Positions 1 to 9,913 are shown, counted from the stretch's first letter. The stretch: 47,924 nucleotides of DNA from Candidatus Micrarchaeota archaeon (GCA_038046765.1 JBBSVN010000006.1:67592-115515), one strand, 5' to 3'. Made by a program: numbers and translations. Notes: a model not told the origin generated them from the sequence alone.

Positions 1-439
1 ATGGTTTTTCTTCTCTTAATATATCTGGATTTAATTCATCTAAAGAAGGAGACTTACCAAGTAAACTAAGAAAATGGAACCATTCAAGTGTAGCGTGATT
101 AGACCATCTTTGAACCTTACCAAATTTTCTTTCTTGATATAATACATTAGTACAGGTTATGACCGCATCCAACGCAGTTCTTCTTGAGGTATTTCGAAGG
201 AAAGGACATCTTATAATATAAGGAAAACTAAGAGAAGGATAATCCCCGTCCCGATCACCAAGTGGAAATAAACCGCGTTCGTTGAATTTGTCTTCAAACC
301 ATTGCCGCCAGTCTTTTTTTGTTAATTTATTTAGACTTGGAACGTATAACCCGTAATATGAATATTTATCAAATGGCCCTTTTCCGAATTGTATTTTTTT
401 TGAATAAGGTTTCTTGAACCATTCTAAAAGTTTTGTCAT
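1..439 (-). CDS. Hypothetical protein, 3'-truncated by the window edge (MTKLLEWFKKPYSKKIQFGKG...)
   Basis: Manually translated from ATG at 439; frame stays open to position 1; divergent from the Lrp-type regulator. Confidence 0.65.
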   Translation of the reverse strand, partial: MTKLLEWFKKPYSKKIQFGKGPFDKYSYYGLYVPSLNKLTKKDWRQWFEDKFNERGLFPLGDRDGDYPSLSFPYIIRCPFLRNTSRRTALDAVITCTNVLYQERKFGKVQRWSNHATLEWFHFLSLLGKSPSLDELNPDILREEKP

Positions 440-546
440 TTTTTCACTTAAACAGCAAAATATGTCTTTTATCTATTTAATTATTAATTAAGAAAAACAC
501 TAAAAAACAAAAAGATTTATAAGGTTTTTTTAGTATATTGGTATTT

Positions 547-1506
547 ATGGATATGGATAAAAAAGACAAACAATTACTTTCGTTATTATATGAAAACTCT
601 AGAATGAGCTTTGTACAAATAGGAAAAAGGATTTCACTTAGTAGCAGTGCAGTTGAAAAAAGATTTAGGAAAATTATTGAAACTAACTTAATATTGCTTT
701 TATTTGCTGATATTAATTTTTCAAAAATAGGGTTAAAATCATACAGACTTTATTTCAAATTGGATTCTATGGATGAGCAAACCGAGAAAAAGATTTTGAA
801 CTTTTTTGAAGAGTATCCTCAAACAGCGTGGGGAGTAATCTGCGAAGGCGAATATGATGTTCTTTGGAGAATACTTGGTAAAGATGAAAGAGATGTAGAA
901 AAAGCCTCTTCAATGATAATAGAGAAATTTGGAGAAAAGATTATAGAAAAAACAATGACTTGTTCAATACATCAAAGATATTTGTCTTGGAACAGGGCGC
1001 TAGATTCTAATAGACAACTTAGCAAGGAAATTGAAAATTTAGATGAAATTGGGAATGTTGAAGAGAATGATTTAAAAATTATTTCTGCACTTTATGAAAA
1101 TTCTAGAATTAGTACTATTGAAATCTCAAGAATAGTCAAACTTACCCCCGAAGCGGTAAAATACAGAATAAAAAGACTTATAGATAGGGGAATACTCAAG
1201 GGATATACTGCCTGGTTTAATGCCGATCAACTTAATATGAATTTATACAAAATTATGATCGGTTTTAAGGGTTTAACAAAACAAAGAGAAACAGAATTTA
1301 TAAATTTCTGCATTGAAAATGACAATGTCATTTACGTGAATAAGACAATTGGTAGTTGGGATATAGAATTAGATGTTATAACTGAAAATAACCAGGAATT
1401 TCATGCGTTCACAAGTAAAATAAAAACAAGATTTAGCGATATAATAGGCCGGCATGTATCTATTTCAATAATAAAAGAAAGAATGTTAAACCCGCTAAGA
1501 AAATAA
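547..1506 (+). CDS. Tandem two-module Lrp/AsnC family transcriptional regulator
   Basis: Two AsnC-type HTH segments (DKKDKQLLSLLYENSR.. and NDLKIISALYENSR..), each followed by a RAM-like domain (GEYD / GSWD); ATG at 547 preferred over TTG at 538. Confidence 0.9.
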   Translation: MDMDKKDKQLLSLLYENSRMSFVQIGKRISLSSSAVEKRFRKIIETNLILLLFADINFSKIGLKSYRLYFKLDSMDEQTEKKILNFFEEYPQTAWGVICEGEYDVLWRILGKDERDVEKASSMIIEKFGEKIIEKTMTCSIHQRYLSWNRALDSNRQLSKEIENLDEIGNVEENDLKIISALYENSRISTIEISRIVKLTPEAVKYRIKRLIDRGILKGYTAWFNADQLNMNLYKIMIGFKGLTKQRETEFINFCIENDNVIYVNKTIGSWDIELDVITENNQEFHAFTSKIKTRFSDIIGRHVSISIIKERMLNPLRK

Positions 1507-1509
1507 TAG

Positions 1510-2085
1510 TTACTTTCTAGCAAAAACCAAATAAGCACTGTGCATTAATCCAAAGTGAACTGGCCTTATACCGTATTCTTCAACATCGTATTCTCTAATA
1601 ATACTTTCCAAAGTAAAAACTTTTTCAAAATGCTTCGCACATTCTAAACCAAATTCTTTTACCTGATCAGTATTTGGCAAATATCCAACTAAGTACCCTC
1701 CTTTTTTTAACGCCCCGTGAGCTAAAGTAACCGCTTTTGAAGAATCGCGCATATCTAAAACGACTAGATCAACTTCTTTTTCATCAATTCCTTGCATTAC
1801 ATCTTTATTTTTTATTGTAACGTTAGTTAGTCCAGCTCGTTTAACATTCTCTTCTGCGAACTTTGCAAATTCTTCTTTTAATTCATAACTAGTAACCTGC
1901 TTTGCGATACCAGCTAAGACAGTTGTAAGAAATGCGCTCCCAGCACCTGCTTCAACAACTAAACTTTCTCTATTTAGGCCAGTATAAGAAATTATTAATC
2001 CGCTATCCTTAGGTAGAATTACCGCCGGACCGCCTCGTTTTAGTTTCTTAAAAATTGGGGGCAAGTTAAAATCTGGTTTTTTCAT
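1510..2085 (-). CDS. trmI: tRNA (adenine-N1)-methyltransferase, TrmI/GCD14 family (short form)
   Basis: Motifs R-GPAVILPKD, VVEAGAGSA, VVLDM, P-HFGLMHSAYLVFARK. Confidence 0.85.
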   Translation of the reverse strand: MKKPDFNLPPIFKKLKRGGPAVILPKDSGLIISYTGLNRESLVVEAGAGSAFLTTVLAGIAKQVTSYELKEEFAKFAEENVKRAGLTNVTIKNKDVMQGIDEKEVDLVVLDMRDSSKAVTLAHGALKKGGYLVGYLPNTDQVKEFGLECAKHFEKVFTLESIIREYDVEEYGIRPVHFGLMHSAYLVFARK

Positions 2086-2097
2086 GTGAACACAACT

Positions 2098-2535
2098 TTA
2101 TTTCTTCAAACTTTCTTTAAATTCCTTTAGTTTTGTTTCTAGTTCGCTATCTTTTAATGCTAAGATTTCGATTGCTAAAATCCCCGCATTCTTTCCGCCA
2201 TCGATACTTACGCAAGCTACTGGAACATTTGGCGGCATTTGCGCAACGCTAAGTAAAGCATCTAATCCATTTAATGAGGAATTAACAGGTACCCCGATAA
2301 CTGGTTTTATAGTTCTTGCTGCGACAACTCCAGGTAATGCGGCACTCATTCCAGCAACTGCGATAAAAACATCAGCTGTGCTGGTTTTGACTAGATTATC
2401 AACTTTATCAGGGTTACGATGAGCACTTGCCACTTCCCATTTATGGGAAACTCCAAATGCATTTAATACTTGGGTTATTTTTTCGATAACCGGCTTGTCG
2501 CTTTCGCTTCCTGATAATATTAAAACACGTTCCAT
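2098..2535 (-). CDS. purE: N5-CAIR mutase / AIR carboxylase
   Basis: [34 protein letters not shown] motifs. Confidence 0.95.
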   Translation of the reverse strand: MERVLILSGSESDKPVIEKITQVLNAFGVSHKWEVASAHRNPDKVDNLVKTSTADVFIAVAGMSAALPGVVAARTIKPVIGVPVNSSLNGLDALLSVAQMPPNVPVACVSIDGGKNAGILAIEILALKDSELETKLKEFKESLKK

Positions 2536-2579
2536 AGATTATATTTCAATAGAAGTTTTTATAAATTGGTGAATTTGAC

Positions 2580-2918
2580 GTGACTAAAGCAGCAGCGCTT
2601 AAAAAAAGATATATTGCATGCGAATTGAAATTTGCAGATAACTCAAGCAGGCTTAGTGATGAAGAAGCGAAATATCAAATTTACAACGAAGGAAGTAAAT
2701 TCTTTGGAGAATATTTACTTTCTTTTGTTGCTTTAAAGTTTGTTTCTTTAGACCAAGCAAATCGAATCGCAATACTGCGTTGTAATCGGGATTTTGTTAG
2801 CGAAACGCTTGGTTTTCTAGCTTTAGTAAGTTCTTTAAATGGTAGAAGAGCGAGAATGATTAGTTTAGCAACTAGTGGAAGCATTAAGGGATTAAAGGAA
2901 AAGATAAAAAATAATTGA
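2580..2918 (+). CDS. rnp2: RNase P protein component Rpp14/Pop5
   Basis: KKRYI N-terminal motif, ILRCNR, and TSGSIK C-terminal motif. Confidence 0.8.
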   Translation: MTKAAALKKRYIACELKFADNSSRLSDEEAKYQIYNEGSKFFGEYLLSFVALKFVSLDQANRIAILRCNRDFVSETLGFLALVSSLNGRRARMISLATSGSIKGLKEKIKNN

Positions 2919-2923
2919 TAATA

Positions 2924-3229
2924 TTAAGAACGTTTTCTAACCCAATTTAGGTATTCCTTATGAACCCGATCAACAGGTAGAGCAACGATTTCTGGTAAAT
3001 CGTAAGGATGGAATTTTAAAATAAATGTCTCGATTGCACGATAGTTCTTCTCCTGAATTTTTATAATTAGTAAAAATTCCTTATCTTCTACGACTTTGCC
3101 CTTCCATCGGTAAATCGAAGATTCGGTCTTAACAATGTTTACACAAACAGCAAGTTTCTTGGTAACTAGTGCCTTAGCTAGTTTAGTCGCATCGGATTTC
3201 TTTGAAACAGTTGTTAAGATGATTTGCAT
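2924..3229 (-). CDS. cutA: Divalent-cation tolerance protein CutA
   Basis: LAVCVNI, SIYRWKG, HPYDLPEI motifs. Confidence 0.95.
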   Translation of the reverse strand: MQIILTTVSKKSDATKLAKALVTKKLAVCVNIVKTESSIYRWKGKVVEDKEFLLIIKIQEKNYRAIETFILKFHPYDLPEIVALPVDRVHKEYLNWVRKRS

Positions 3230-3247
3230 AGAAATTCCTCAAATTTA

Positions 3248-3487
3248 TCATATTAGAATTCTATAGATAAGCATTAGTAAGTAAACAAGGAATAAAAATG
3301 CTCCGATAGTAAAAACGATACGTAAAATCCCGAACAAAAGATCAAATAAGGATAAAATTAAAAGCACTGAAAATATGATTATAAATAATAAAAAAATGGA
3401 TTGATTCGTAAGAATATTTATGTGAAAAAACGTAGTTAAAACAAAAGCAATAATTAGAAGGCCAATAAAGTATTTCAGGTATGACAT
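3248..3487 (-). CDS. Small hydrophobic membrane protein
   Basis: 79 aa with about three hydrophobic segments, co-oriented between GNAT and cutA. Confidence 0.6.
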   Translation of the reverse strand: MSYLKYFIGLLIIAFVLTTFFHINILTNQSIFLLFIIIFSVLLILSLFDLLFGILRIVFTIGAFLFLVYLLMLIYRILI

Positions 3488-3496
3488 AGAAATCAG

Positions 3497-4006
3497 TTAA
3501 ATCTTTTGTCTCATTTCGATATGAGCATCTAAGAACCCCCATTTTTTATAAATTTTATGAGCTTTCTTATTTCCAGCGTGAACACAAATTGAAGAATATT
3601 TTATGCCTTTTTTCTTAAACCAAATAAAGACCTTATCCTTAAACTCTGAGGTTATACCTAGACCCCTGTATTTAGGCTTAACAAATAAATCGCCAATATG
3701 GCCAAGTTTCTTGACAGAATAAATTTTTACGTTTTCTTTTATATAAGCCAGGCAATATGCAACAATTTCTTCATTAATTTCTGCAACTAGAACTAGACCT
3801 TTATTGGAATTAATTTGTTTTTTAATCCATTTTTCCCAAAGCTCTTGGAAGTTAGGAACGAGTTCTAAAAGCTCAGTTCTAAAGACCAAATATTCTGCAA
3901 TTTTTTTATTAGTATTGCATAGAGCTTGAGCCATTGCAGAAAGAGAACCGATTTCGCTAAGCTTCGCTTTTCGAATAGTAAATTTAACCTTAGCTACAAA
4001 AACCAT
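3497..4006 (-). CDS. GNAT family N-acetyltransferase
   Basis: Motif A LFVKPKYRGLGI and motif B NKKAHKIYKKWGF. Confidence 0.9.
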   Translation of the reverse strand: MVFVAKVKFTIRKAKLSEIGSLSAMAQALCNTNKKIAEYLVFRTELLELVPNFQELWEKWIKKQINSNKGLVLVAEINEEIVAYCLAYIKENVKIYSVKKLGHIGDLFVKPKYRGLGITSEFKDKVFIWFKKKGIKYSSICVHAGNKKAHKIYKKWGFLDAHIEMRQKI

Positions 4007-4078
4007 GCCAAGATAAAACAGAATAAATTTATAATTTAAACTAAAATAAAAAATAAAAAATTACTTCCCAAAAGCAAT

Positions 4079-5275
4079 TTAAGGTTTCTTAAAAAATATT
4101 TCTAGAATATCCCTGTGCTTAAGTAAATGTTCTTTACCATGAGGTAATTTAGTTTTTACATCAACTGCTTTGATAAAACCCTTGCCCATATCGCTATGTA
4201 ATGCAAATGCAAAATCTAATGCAGTAGAATTAGGAGGTAGTAGATAACAATCTGGAATTATTCTGCCTTCGCTATCTTCGAGATTACTTACCCCGCCCGG
4301 GAAAACTGCAATATAGTGTAAATAATCAAAAACCGCAGCATTCAAAACCTTCTGCACACCAGTAGACCCATTTTTCTTTAAAGCAGCGCGTAATACATCT
4401 AATGCCTTGGTTTGTGGCTCATTTAACTCTTTAATTATTTTAAAGTCAGAATCTCCAGGTAGATAATCTATAAATTTGTGCTTTGCTGCTTCTTTTAAAG
4501 CAATTTCGGCTTCTGCTGAACATGCAATAACTAAATAACTTGGAAATGCTTGTTTTAATCGTTCATAATTCTTTTGTGCTGCGTCAATATCACATTTATT
4601 CGCTGCGATAACGATAGGTTTTCCGATTTCTCTTAAGATTTTTGTGTATGCCCCCCGATCTTCGCTAGTCCATTCATTTAATGGTTTTTCTTCTAGTTTA
4701 AGTTGCCTTAGTGTTTTTAAGATAGCTTCTCTTTTCAATCCCAAACCAGAAAATTGACCAACCATCACTTCTTCTACTTTTTTCTTGTTAATTCCGATAT
4801 TTTCTTTGACTAGTTTATTCCAGTTAGCGTCAAGTATTCCTTTGATCCAAAAATTTAGTTCTTCTTCTAGAAATTTAACATCTAATGTTGGGTCATGGCT
4901 TCCTGTTGGAACACTTTCACCAATTTCATTAGTTCCCCCTGAAGCATCGACAACATGAATTAAGATGTCTGCTTGTCTTAAGTCGTCTAAGAATTTATTT
5001 CCTAAGCCTTTACCTTCATGAGCACCTGGAACTAAACCTGCTACGTCCAATGTTTTAACTGGAACGAATCTTCGAGAATTAATACAAAAGCCGGTTCTTG
5101 GATTACATTGAACTTTAAAATCCTTGTCAACGCATTCGATTTCAACGTAACCGACTCCAGTATTTGGTTCAATTGTAGTAAATGGACGACTAGATCTTTC
5201 TACAGGTATTGCTGTTAATGCTTGAAAGAACGTTGATTTTCCCGAACTTGGTTTTCCGACTAATCCGATTAACAT
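4079..5275 (-). CDS. ychF: Obg-family YchF-like ATPase/GTPase with TGS domain
   Basis: GKPSSGKST, PFTTIEPN, DVAGLVPGAHEGKGLGNKFL, NKCD; C-terminal TGS domain. Confidence 0.92.
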   Translation of the reverse strand: MLIGLVGKPSSGKSTFFQALTAIPVERSSRPFTTIEPNTGVGYVEIECVDKDFKVQCNPRTGFCINSRRFVPVKTLDVAGLVPGAHEGKGLGNKFLDDLRQADILIHVVDASGGTNEIGESVPTGSHDPTLDVKFLEEELNFWIKGILDANWNKLVKENIGINKKKVEEVMVGQFSGLGLKREAILKTLRQLKLEEKPLNEWTSEDRGAYTKILREIGKPIVIAANKCDIDAAQKNYERLKQAFPSYLVIACSAEAEIALKEAAKHKFIDYLPGDSDFKIIKELNEPQTKALDVLRAALKKNGSTGVQKVLNAAVFDYLHYIAVFPGGVSNLEDSEGRIIPDCYLLPPNSTALDFAFALHSDMGKGFIKAVDVKTKLPHGKEHLLKHRDILEIFFKKP

Positions 5276-5296
5276 AAATGAATCACCATTAATTAA

Positions 5297-5677
5297 TTAT
5301 TTGACAAATTTAGAAATAATTGATTTTACTTCTTCAAAAGAAATGGGAATACCCATTGTCTTTTCGCTAAGCTCATTTTTACGAGTTATCGTTAATGCAA
5401 GTTCTATTAATTCATCATCAGTAGTGATTAACTTGTAATTATTTAATTCCAAAAGATGTTCAAGGAAGTGAGTCGCTGTTCTTTTATTTCCATCAGTAAA
5501 AGGATGACCAATTATTATTTCATAGTAAAATTCAACAGATCCATCTTTCTTATTTGTACTTTGGTTAAATTTTTCAACAGCATAATCGATTTTTGCTTCA
5601 TAATTAATGCCTAGAGTACCGCCAAAAAGACTGACCAAATTGTCATGCTCTTCTAAGACCTGTTTCTTCGAGAGCAT
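5297..5677 (-). CDS. doc: Doc-type Fic toxin
   Basis: HPFTDGNKRTA; the NKR variant is characteristic of Doc; 126 aa. Confidence 0.85.
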   Translation of the reverse strand: MLSKKQVLEEHDNLVSLFGGTLGINYEAKIDYAVEKFNQSTNKKDGSVEFYYEIIIGHPFTDGNKRTATHFLEHLLELNNYKLITTDDELIELALTITRKNELSEKTMGIPISFEEVKSIISKFVK

Positions 5678-5806
5678 TTAGTACCTCGCAAGCTCTTCGT
5701 AAACCTTTTTCCTTCTTTTGAGGATATTATCATGAATTCGTTTTTCTTTGGATACAGGATTTGTTAAGTTAGCGATAAAATCCTTAAGTTGTTGTATAAG
5801 TTTCAT
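5678..5806 (-). CDS. Putative 42-aa antitoxin of Doc (MKLIQQLKDFIANLTNPVSKEKRIHDNILKRRKKVYEELARY)
   Basis: Manually found ORF whose TAA directly abuts the doc ATG; C-terminal helix VYEELARY resembles Doc-neutralising tails. Confidence 0.7.
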   Translation of the reverse strand: MKLIQQLKDFIANLTNPVSKEKRIHDNILKRRKKVYEELARY

Positions 5807-5927
5807 ACTAATAAAATACAGTGAAATATTTTTAATTCGATGTAACTGATCTAGTGGTCTATAATGTATAGAAAGGATTATAAATACTTCGATACTAATT
5901 AATATTACATTTTGATTTGGTGAAACT

Positions 5928-6836
5928 ATGGTTGATGATATTACAACAGTATTAGTCCGATTTTCTAGAGAAGATTTATTGGCTGAATTAGAAAGAAGGA
6001 ATAAAGAAGAGGGGGAAGCACGCTCAAGAGCAAGTTCTGGTTTAGATGATGATTACGCCGCTACTTTAGGGGAGATTGGTGAGGCTGTTTCAAGAACTAC
6101 TGGAGAACTTAATACAGGAATAAGGAAATCATTTGGCAGAATTCACGGAGTTTTAAAAGCGATTTATGACCAAATAGATGGAACGAGAAAAGAAATGGAA
6201 GGTGCAAAGAGCAAGATAAATCAAGGTACTACCATCGTAGATACAAAAAGCAAATTTGACATCTGTGGAACGATTTTGGGTCAAACTAGTGATCTTGCTG
6301 CAATGCCCGGGGACATAAAAATTCGGTTATATGCTTCATTCAGGATTATTTCAGTTGACAGCGAGATTTCATTTTTATACGATCCTACATTCAGACTATT
6401 TGAGGATTATAGTAGACAGAATGAACTGGAAAGCCCAGTTTACAGGAGAGACATTCTGCATTTAAATCGCTACAACGGATTTTATATAGATCCAAAAAAA
6501 CTCGAGGAATATCTTGAAAAAAAATTAGATATAAATGTTTTAGAACGAGCAGACAGAAATACAGTTAAATTAGCTGACGAAGTTGAAAAAAGTGCAATTA
6601 AACTAATAATAAGTGTAAGGGGACTACCCGAACCTTTGAGTAGGGTAATACCAGTGCAAGAACTTAGAGAAATAGAGCTTGCAGACATTTTCAAACGATT
6701 TATAGTATTAGCTGGAAGAACTAAAGGGGAAGAAAGTGCAGAAAAATATGCAGAATTCTTAAGAACTCTTCCAAATGTTCCTAGACGCGCAGTCTCGGCT
6801 TCAAAACAGGGATTACTTACTCCAGGTAAAATCTAG
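5928..6836 (+). CDS. Hypothetical protein with N-terminal coiled coil
   Basis: 302-aa ORF preceded by GGTGA RBS; no recognised motif. Confidence 0.7.
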   Translation: MVDDITTVLVRFSREDLLAELERRNKEEGEARSRASSGLDDDYAATLGEIGEAVSRTTGELNTGIRKSFGRIHGVLKAIYDQIDGTRKEMEGAKSKINQGTTIVDTKSKFDICGTILGQTSDLAAMPGDIKIRLYASFRIISVDSEISFLYDPTFRLFEDYSRQNELESPVYRRDILHLNRYNGFYIDPKKLEEYLEKKLDINVLERADRNTVKLADEVEKSAIKLIISVRGLPEPLSRVIPVQELREIELADIFKRFIVLAGRTKGEESAEKYAEFLRTLPNVPRRAVSASKQGLLTPGKI

Positions 6837-6917
6837 GTTTTAACTGTTTTTCGGATAGAGCATTATTAGAGTACAAGTAAAATTTTTGTCCAAACATACC
6901 GCAAAGAAGTTAAATGA

Positions 6918-7421
6918 TCAAACGCTCTCTTTTTCAAATTCAAAATGACCAGTCTCTAGATTCTTCTTAACATTGCCCCAAGAGAATATTTTACCGTTCA
7001 TGGTTATATAAACTCCTGGCTTTAGAATCTGAACTGCACTAAAGGCAGCGCCTAGATTAAATAATGCATCTGAATTTGGTTTAGCTCCCAAAACAGCAGA
7101 GCCGACTAGAAGAATTGTTTTTCCAATCTTTTTCTCACCTAGGAATTTGGCAGTTTCAACCATAGACATCGTGCCATGAGTTATAATTATATCCTCTTCT
7201 TTACATTTAGTGCATTCGTCTAGAATCAGTTTTCTATCAAGATTAGTAATAAATTTGCTATCTTTTAGAAAAAGAATTTCGGTTTTATAATCTACAGTTA
7301 CAAGCGCAGTTTTTAGAAAATCAGGAATTATGCTTTTTCTTGTCTTAGGGGGTGCATCTTGCTCTTTGGAATATTCAAGATCATCAATTGTCCCGCCAGT
7401 AATAAAAATTCTGATTGCCAT
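6918..7421 (-). CDS. Short-chain L-asparaginase domain protein
   Basis: TGGTID, KDS, ITHGTMSM, SDALFNLG; single domain. Confidence 0.85.
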   Translation of the reverse strand: MAIRIFITGGTIDDLEYSKEQDAPPKTRKSIIPDFLKTALVTVDYKTEILFLKDSKFITNLDRKLILDECTKCKEEDIIITHGTMSMVETAKFLGEKKIGKTILLVGSAVLGAKPNSDALFNLGAAFSAVQILKPGVYITMNGKIFSWGNVKKNLETGHFEFEKESV

Positions 7422-7536
7422 AAATTAATTTATGAAGAGTATAATTAAAAGGAATAGTTAAACGTATTTTTACTCATCAAAACTTCAAACTGCAGAACAT
7501 CAAACACATAACTGAAAACGATCAAAGGAAAAATAA

Positions 7537-8058
7537 TTATTTAATTATATGGAGAGACTCTCCGTTTTCTAGTCTTTCTGATTGAGAAACCCAACCATAA
7601 CGTACGAATCGATCAAACATTTTTAAGAAAGAGGAATTCGGATTAGAATAGCAAAGTTTATCTATTTCAAGGGATTTTGCAAAATCCAACATCAGGCAGA
7701 ACATGGCTTCGCTCATTAGAAAATTATTTGAACGCTTAAAAGAAAGTGAGTCAGATAATAAAGTGCCCATAGCAACTAAAACTAAAAATTCTTTTTGAAC
7801 ATCAATATAGAATTCCCATGCACCAACTACCTCTTCGGATTTTAAAACGCTTAAGCCATTACCGCGTAAAGGATTAGCAGCACCTAGTAAATAACCCGAA
7901 CAAGAACCAAGAAAATGTTTTGCTTGTTGAAATTGTTTTTCATTTAAAGCACTTATAGATGAAAAACAGTATGGGCGAAGATATTGAGTTCTACTTAATA
8001 GAAATGATTCTAACCTTGCAGCTTGCACATATTTAGTTGATAAAGATTGTGATAACAT
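7537..8058 (-). CDS. Hypothetical protein
   Basis: 173-aa ATG ORF; no recognised motif. Confidence 0.6.
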   Translation of the reverse strand: MLSQSLSTKYVQAARLESFLLSRTQYLRPYCFSSISALNEKQFQQAKHFLGSCSGYLLGAANPLRGNGLSVLKSEEVVGAWEFYIDVQKEFLVLVAMGTLLSDSLSFKRSNNFLMSEAMFCLMLDFAKSLEIDKLCYSNPNSSFLKMFDRFVRYGWVSQSERLENGESLHIIK

Positions 8059-8328
8059 ATAAATTATTATGTAAAGAAAAACATAAAAACAGATAACAAA
8101 ACGATTTGTCGTTTAGATATAACATAAGACCAGGGAAGTAATCCACATAAGTAAAACATTTGTAGAATTGGGAGAATGACAAGGTTTGGTCGATAAAAAG
8201 AGATTATTTTTTGACCAAACCTTGCCGGAGAACAGATTAAAATTAATATATTTCGAGTGGTGGGAGATAATTAATCTGTTCTCCTATTATTGCCTTGCCT
8301 TAAATAAAATTTAAGCATGACTTGTGAG

Positions 8329-8784
8329 TTATCTAAGGAAGTAGAAAACCTTCTTCCCGACTTGTTTTTTATTTAATAGACCTTGTTCGTAAAGCCTAGA
8401 TAAACGCGCAGATGCTGCGTTTGTTCCTTTATAGTTGAATTTTTTGCGTACGTCTTCAGCAGACACATTTGTCTTCTCTTTTACATAAGAGATAATCTGC
8501 TCATCAATTTCCGCAAGCAATATATCTTTATTTTCAATAGTTTCAAAGGATGAAACTTGTGAAGATGATATTGAATTATTTTGTTCAATTCCTTCTAGTT
8601 TAGTAAGGATATTTTTTAGTATCCGGTTTGTGTTTTCGCGCTCTTCTAAGAGTTTATACAATAACTCCCCGATTACTAAGGGATCATTGAATTTTTGCAT
8701 ATTAGCTTCAAGGTCATTTTTGATTTCTGATCTAAAAGCGCCAGTAGATTTAAATATATTAGAGTTGTTATTTGATGAACTCAT
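8329..8784 (-). CDS. Coiled-coil protein with C-terminal winged-helix DNA-binding domain
   Basis: C-terminal DEQIISYVKE..SAEDV..ASARLSRLYEQGLLNKKQVGKKVFY wHTH pattern; ATG at 8784 follows a GTGAT RBS-like element. Confidence 0.75.
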   Translation of the reverse strand: MSSSNNNSNIFKSTGAFRSEIKNDLEANMQKFNDPLVIGELLYKLLEERENTNRILKNILTKLEGIEQNNSISSSQVSSFETIENKDILLAEIDEQIISYVKEKTNVSAEDVRKKFNYKGTNAASARLSRLYEQGLLNKKQVGKKVFYFLR

Positions 8785-8840
8785 GAAAATCACAATTTGC
8801 TTAAAGCTTCGATGATTGAAGTTTTTTGTTTTGATAACGT

Positions 8841-8881
8841 TGTGATAAAGTCACACAACTATCATGATATAGTCATGATAG
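8841..8881. promoter_or_regulatory. Two palindromes, candidate operators: TGTGA-N5-TCACA and CTATCATGA-N5-TCATGATAG
   Basis: Perfect inverted repeats between divergent wHTH and kinase genes, next to a TTTATAAA box (about 8884-8891). Confidence 0.45.
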
Positions 8882-8983
8882 GTTTTATAAAGCTATCTAT
8901 TTTTAAAATTTCTACGACGAACAAAAATACTCAAATTGCAAGTATAATATCTATTTTTAAGGACTTTGAAGTATTTTTTATTT

Positions 8984-9913
8984 ATGATTGCATTAGCAGA
9001 CATACGAAGAAATTTTAAACTAGATAAAAACAAGTTTAGACTTCCCGTAAAACGAGAAAAGCTAGACAACTATTGTATAGTCGAGGAAATAGGCAGAGGT
9101 AATGTTAGTATAGTATATGGTGCAAGAACAGAAGAAGGAGAAAAAGTAGCAATAAAAGTACTCCAAGAATCATTTTTCTCGCATGAACATACTTTAGAAA
9201 GATTTCTAAGAGAGTTTGAAGTAGCACAAAAAATCAGGCATCCAAACATAACTAATGCATTAGATTTTGGAGTTTGGAAAGATAATCCTTATATGGTCAT
9301 GGAATTTTTAGAGGGTAAATCTTTATTTGATTACAGAAATATTCTAAAGGGAAAGTGGGGTAAAATTAAAAAAATAGTTTTAGAAGTTTGCAAAGGATTG
9401 CAAGAGATGCACAAGGAAGGTTTAGTTCATAGAGATATTAAACCAGCAAATATAATTATTGAAAATTTTGAAGGAGAAAAAGAGCAAACAAAACTAATTG
9501 ATTTTAACCTGGCGTGTGTGGCAAGAGAAAAGAGAACCACACTAAGTTTTGCTGATTGGATAAGTCGAATAACTGCCCCCGAAGATGAAATTGGAACACC
9601 TAATTACTCACCGCCGCAACAGTTTAGGGCATACGAATGTGATGCGAGTTTTGATACATATTCATTGGGGGTAATGATTCACTTTTTATACAAAGGAATA
9701 TTACCATTTTTTGGAGATACTTCCGCAGATACGATAACTAGGCATAGTAAATTACCGCCAAATCTAAGATATTTTAGAAGAGAAGGCGAAGATGCAATAG
9801 CTCAGTTATTAAGAAAAGCACTTTCTAAAGATTCAAAAGACAGATTTAAGGATGCAAAGGAATTTGCAAATGCTATAGAAGGAATTGAAGTTGCAGAGAG
9901 AACTCTAATTTGA
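8984..9913 (+). CDS. Hanks-type Ser/Thr protein kinase
   Basis: GRGNVSIVY, VAIK, HRDIKPAN, DFN (variant of DFG), GTPNYSPPQ. Confidence 0.92.
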   Translation: MIALADIRRNFKLDKNKFRLPVKREKLDNYCIVEEIGRGNVSIVYGARTEEGEKVAIKVLQESFFSHEHTLERFLREFEVAQKIRHPNITNALDFGVWKDNPYMVMEFLEGKSLFDYRNILKGKWGKIKKIVLEVCKGLQEMHKEGLVHRDIKPANIIIENFEGEKEQTKLIDFNLACVAREKRTTLSFADWISRITAPEDEIGTPNYSPPQQFRAYECDASFDTYSLGVMIHFLYKGILPFFGDTSADTITRHSKLPPNLRYFRREGEDAIAQLLRKALSKDSKDRFKDAKEFANAIEGIEVAERTLI

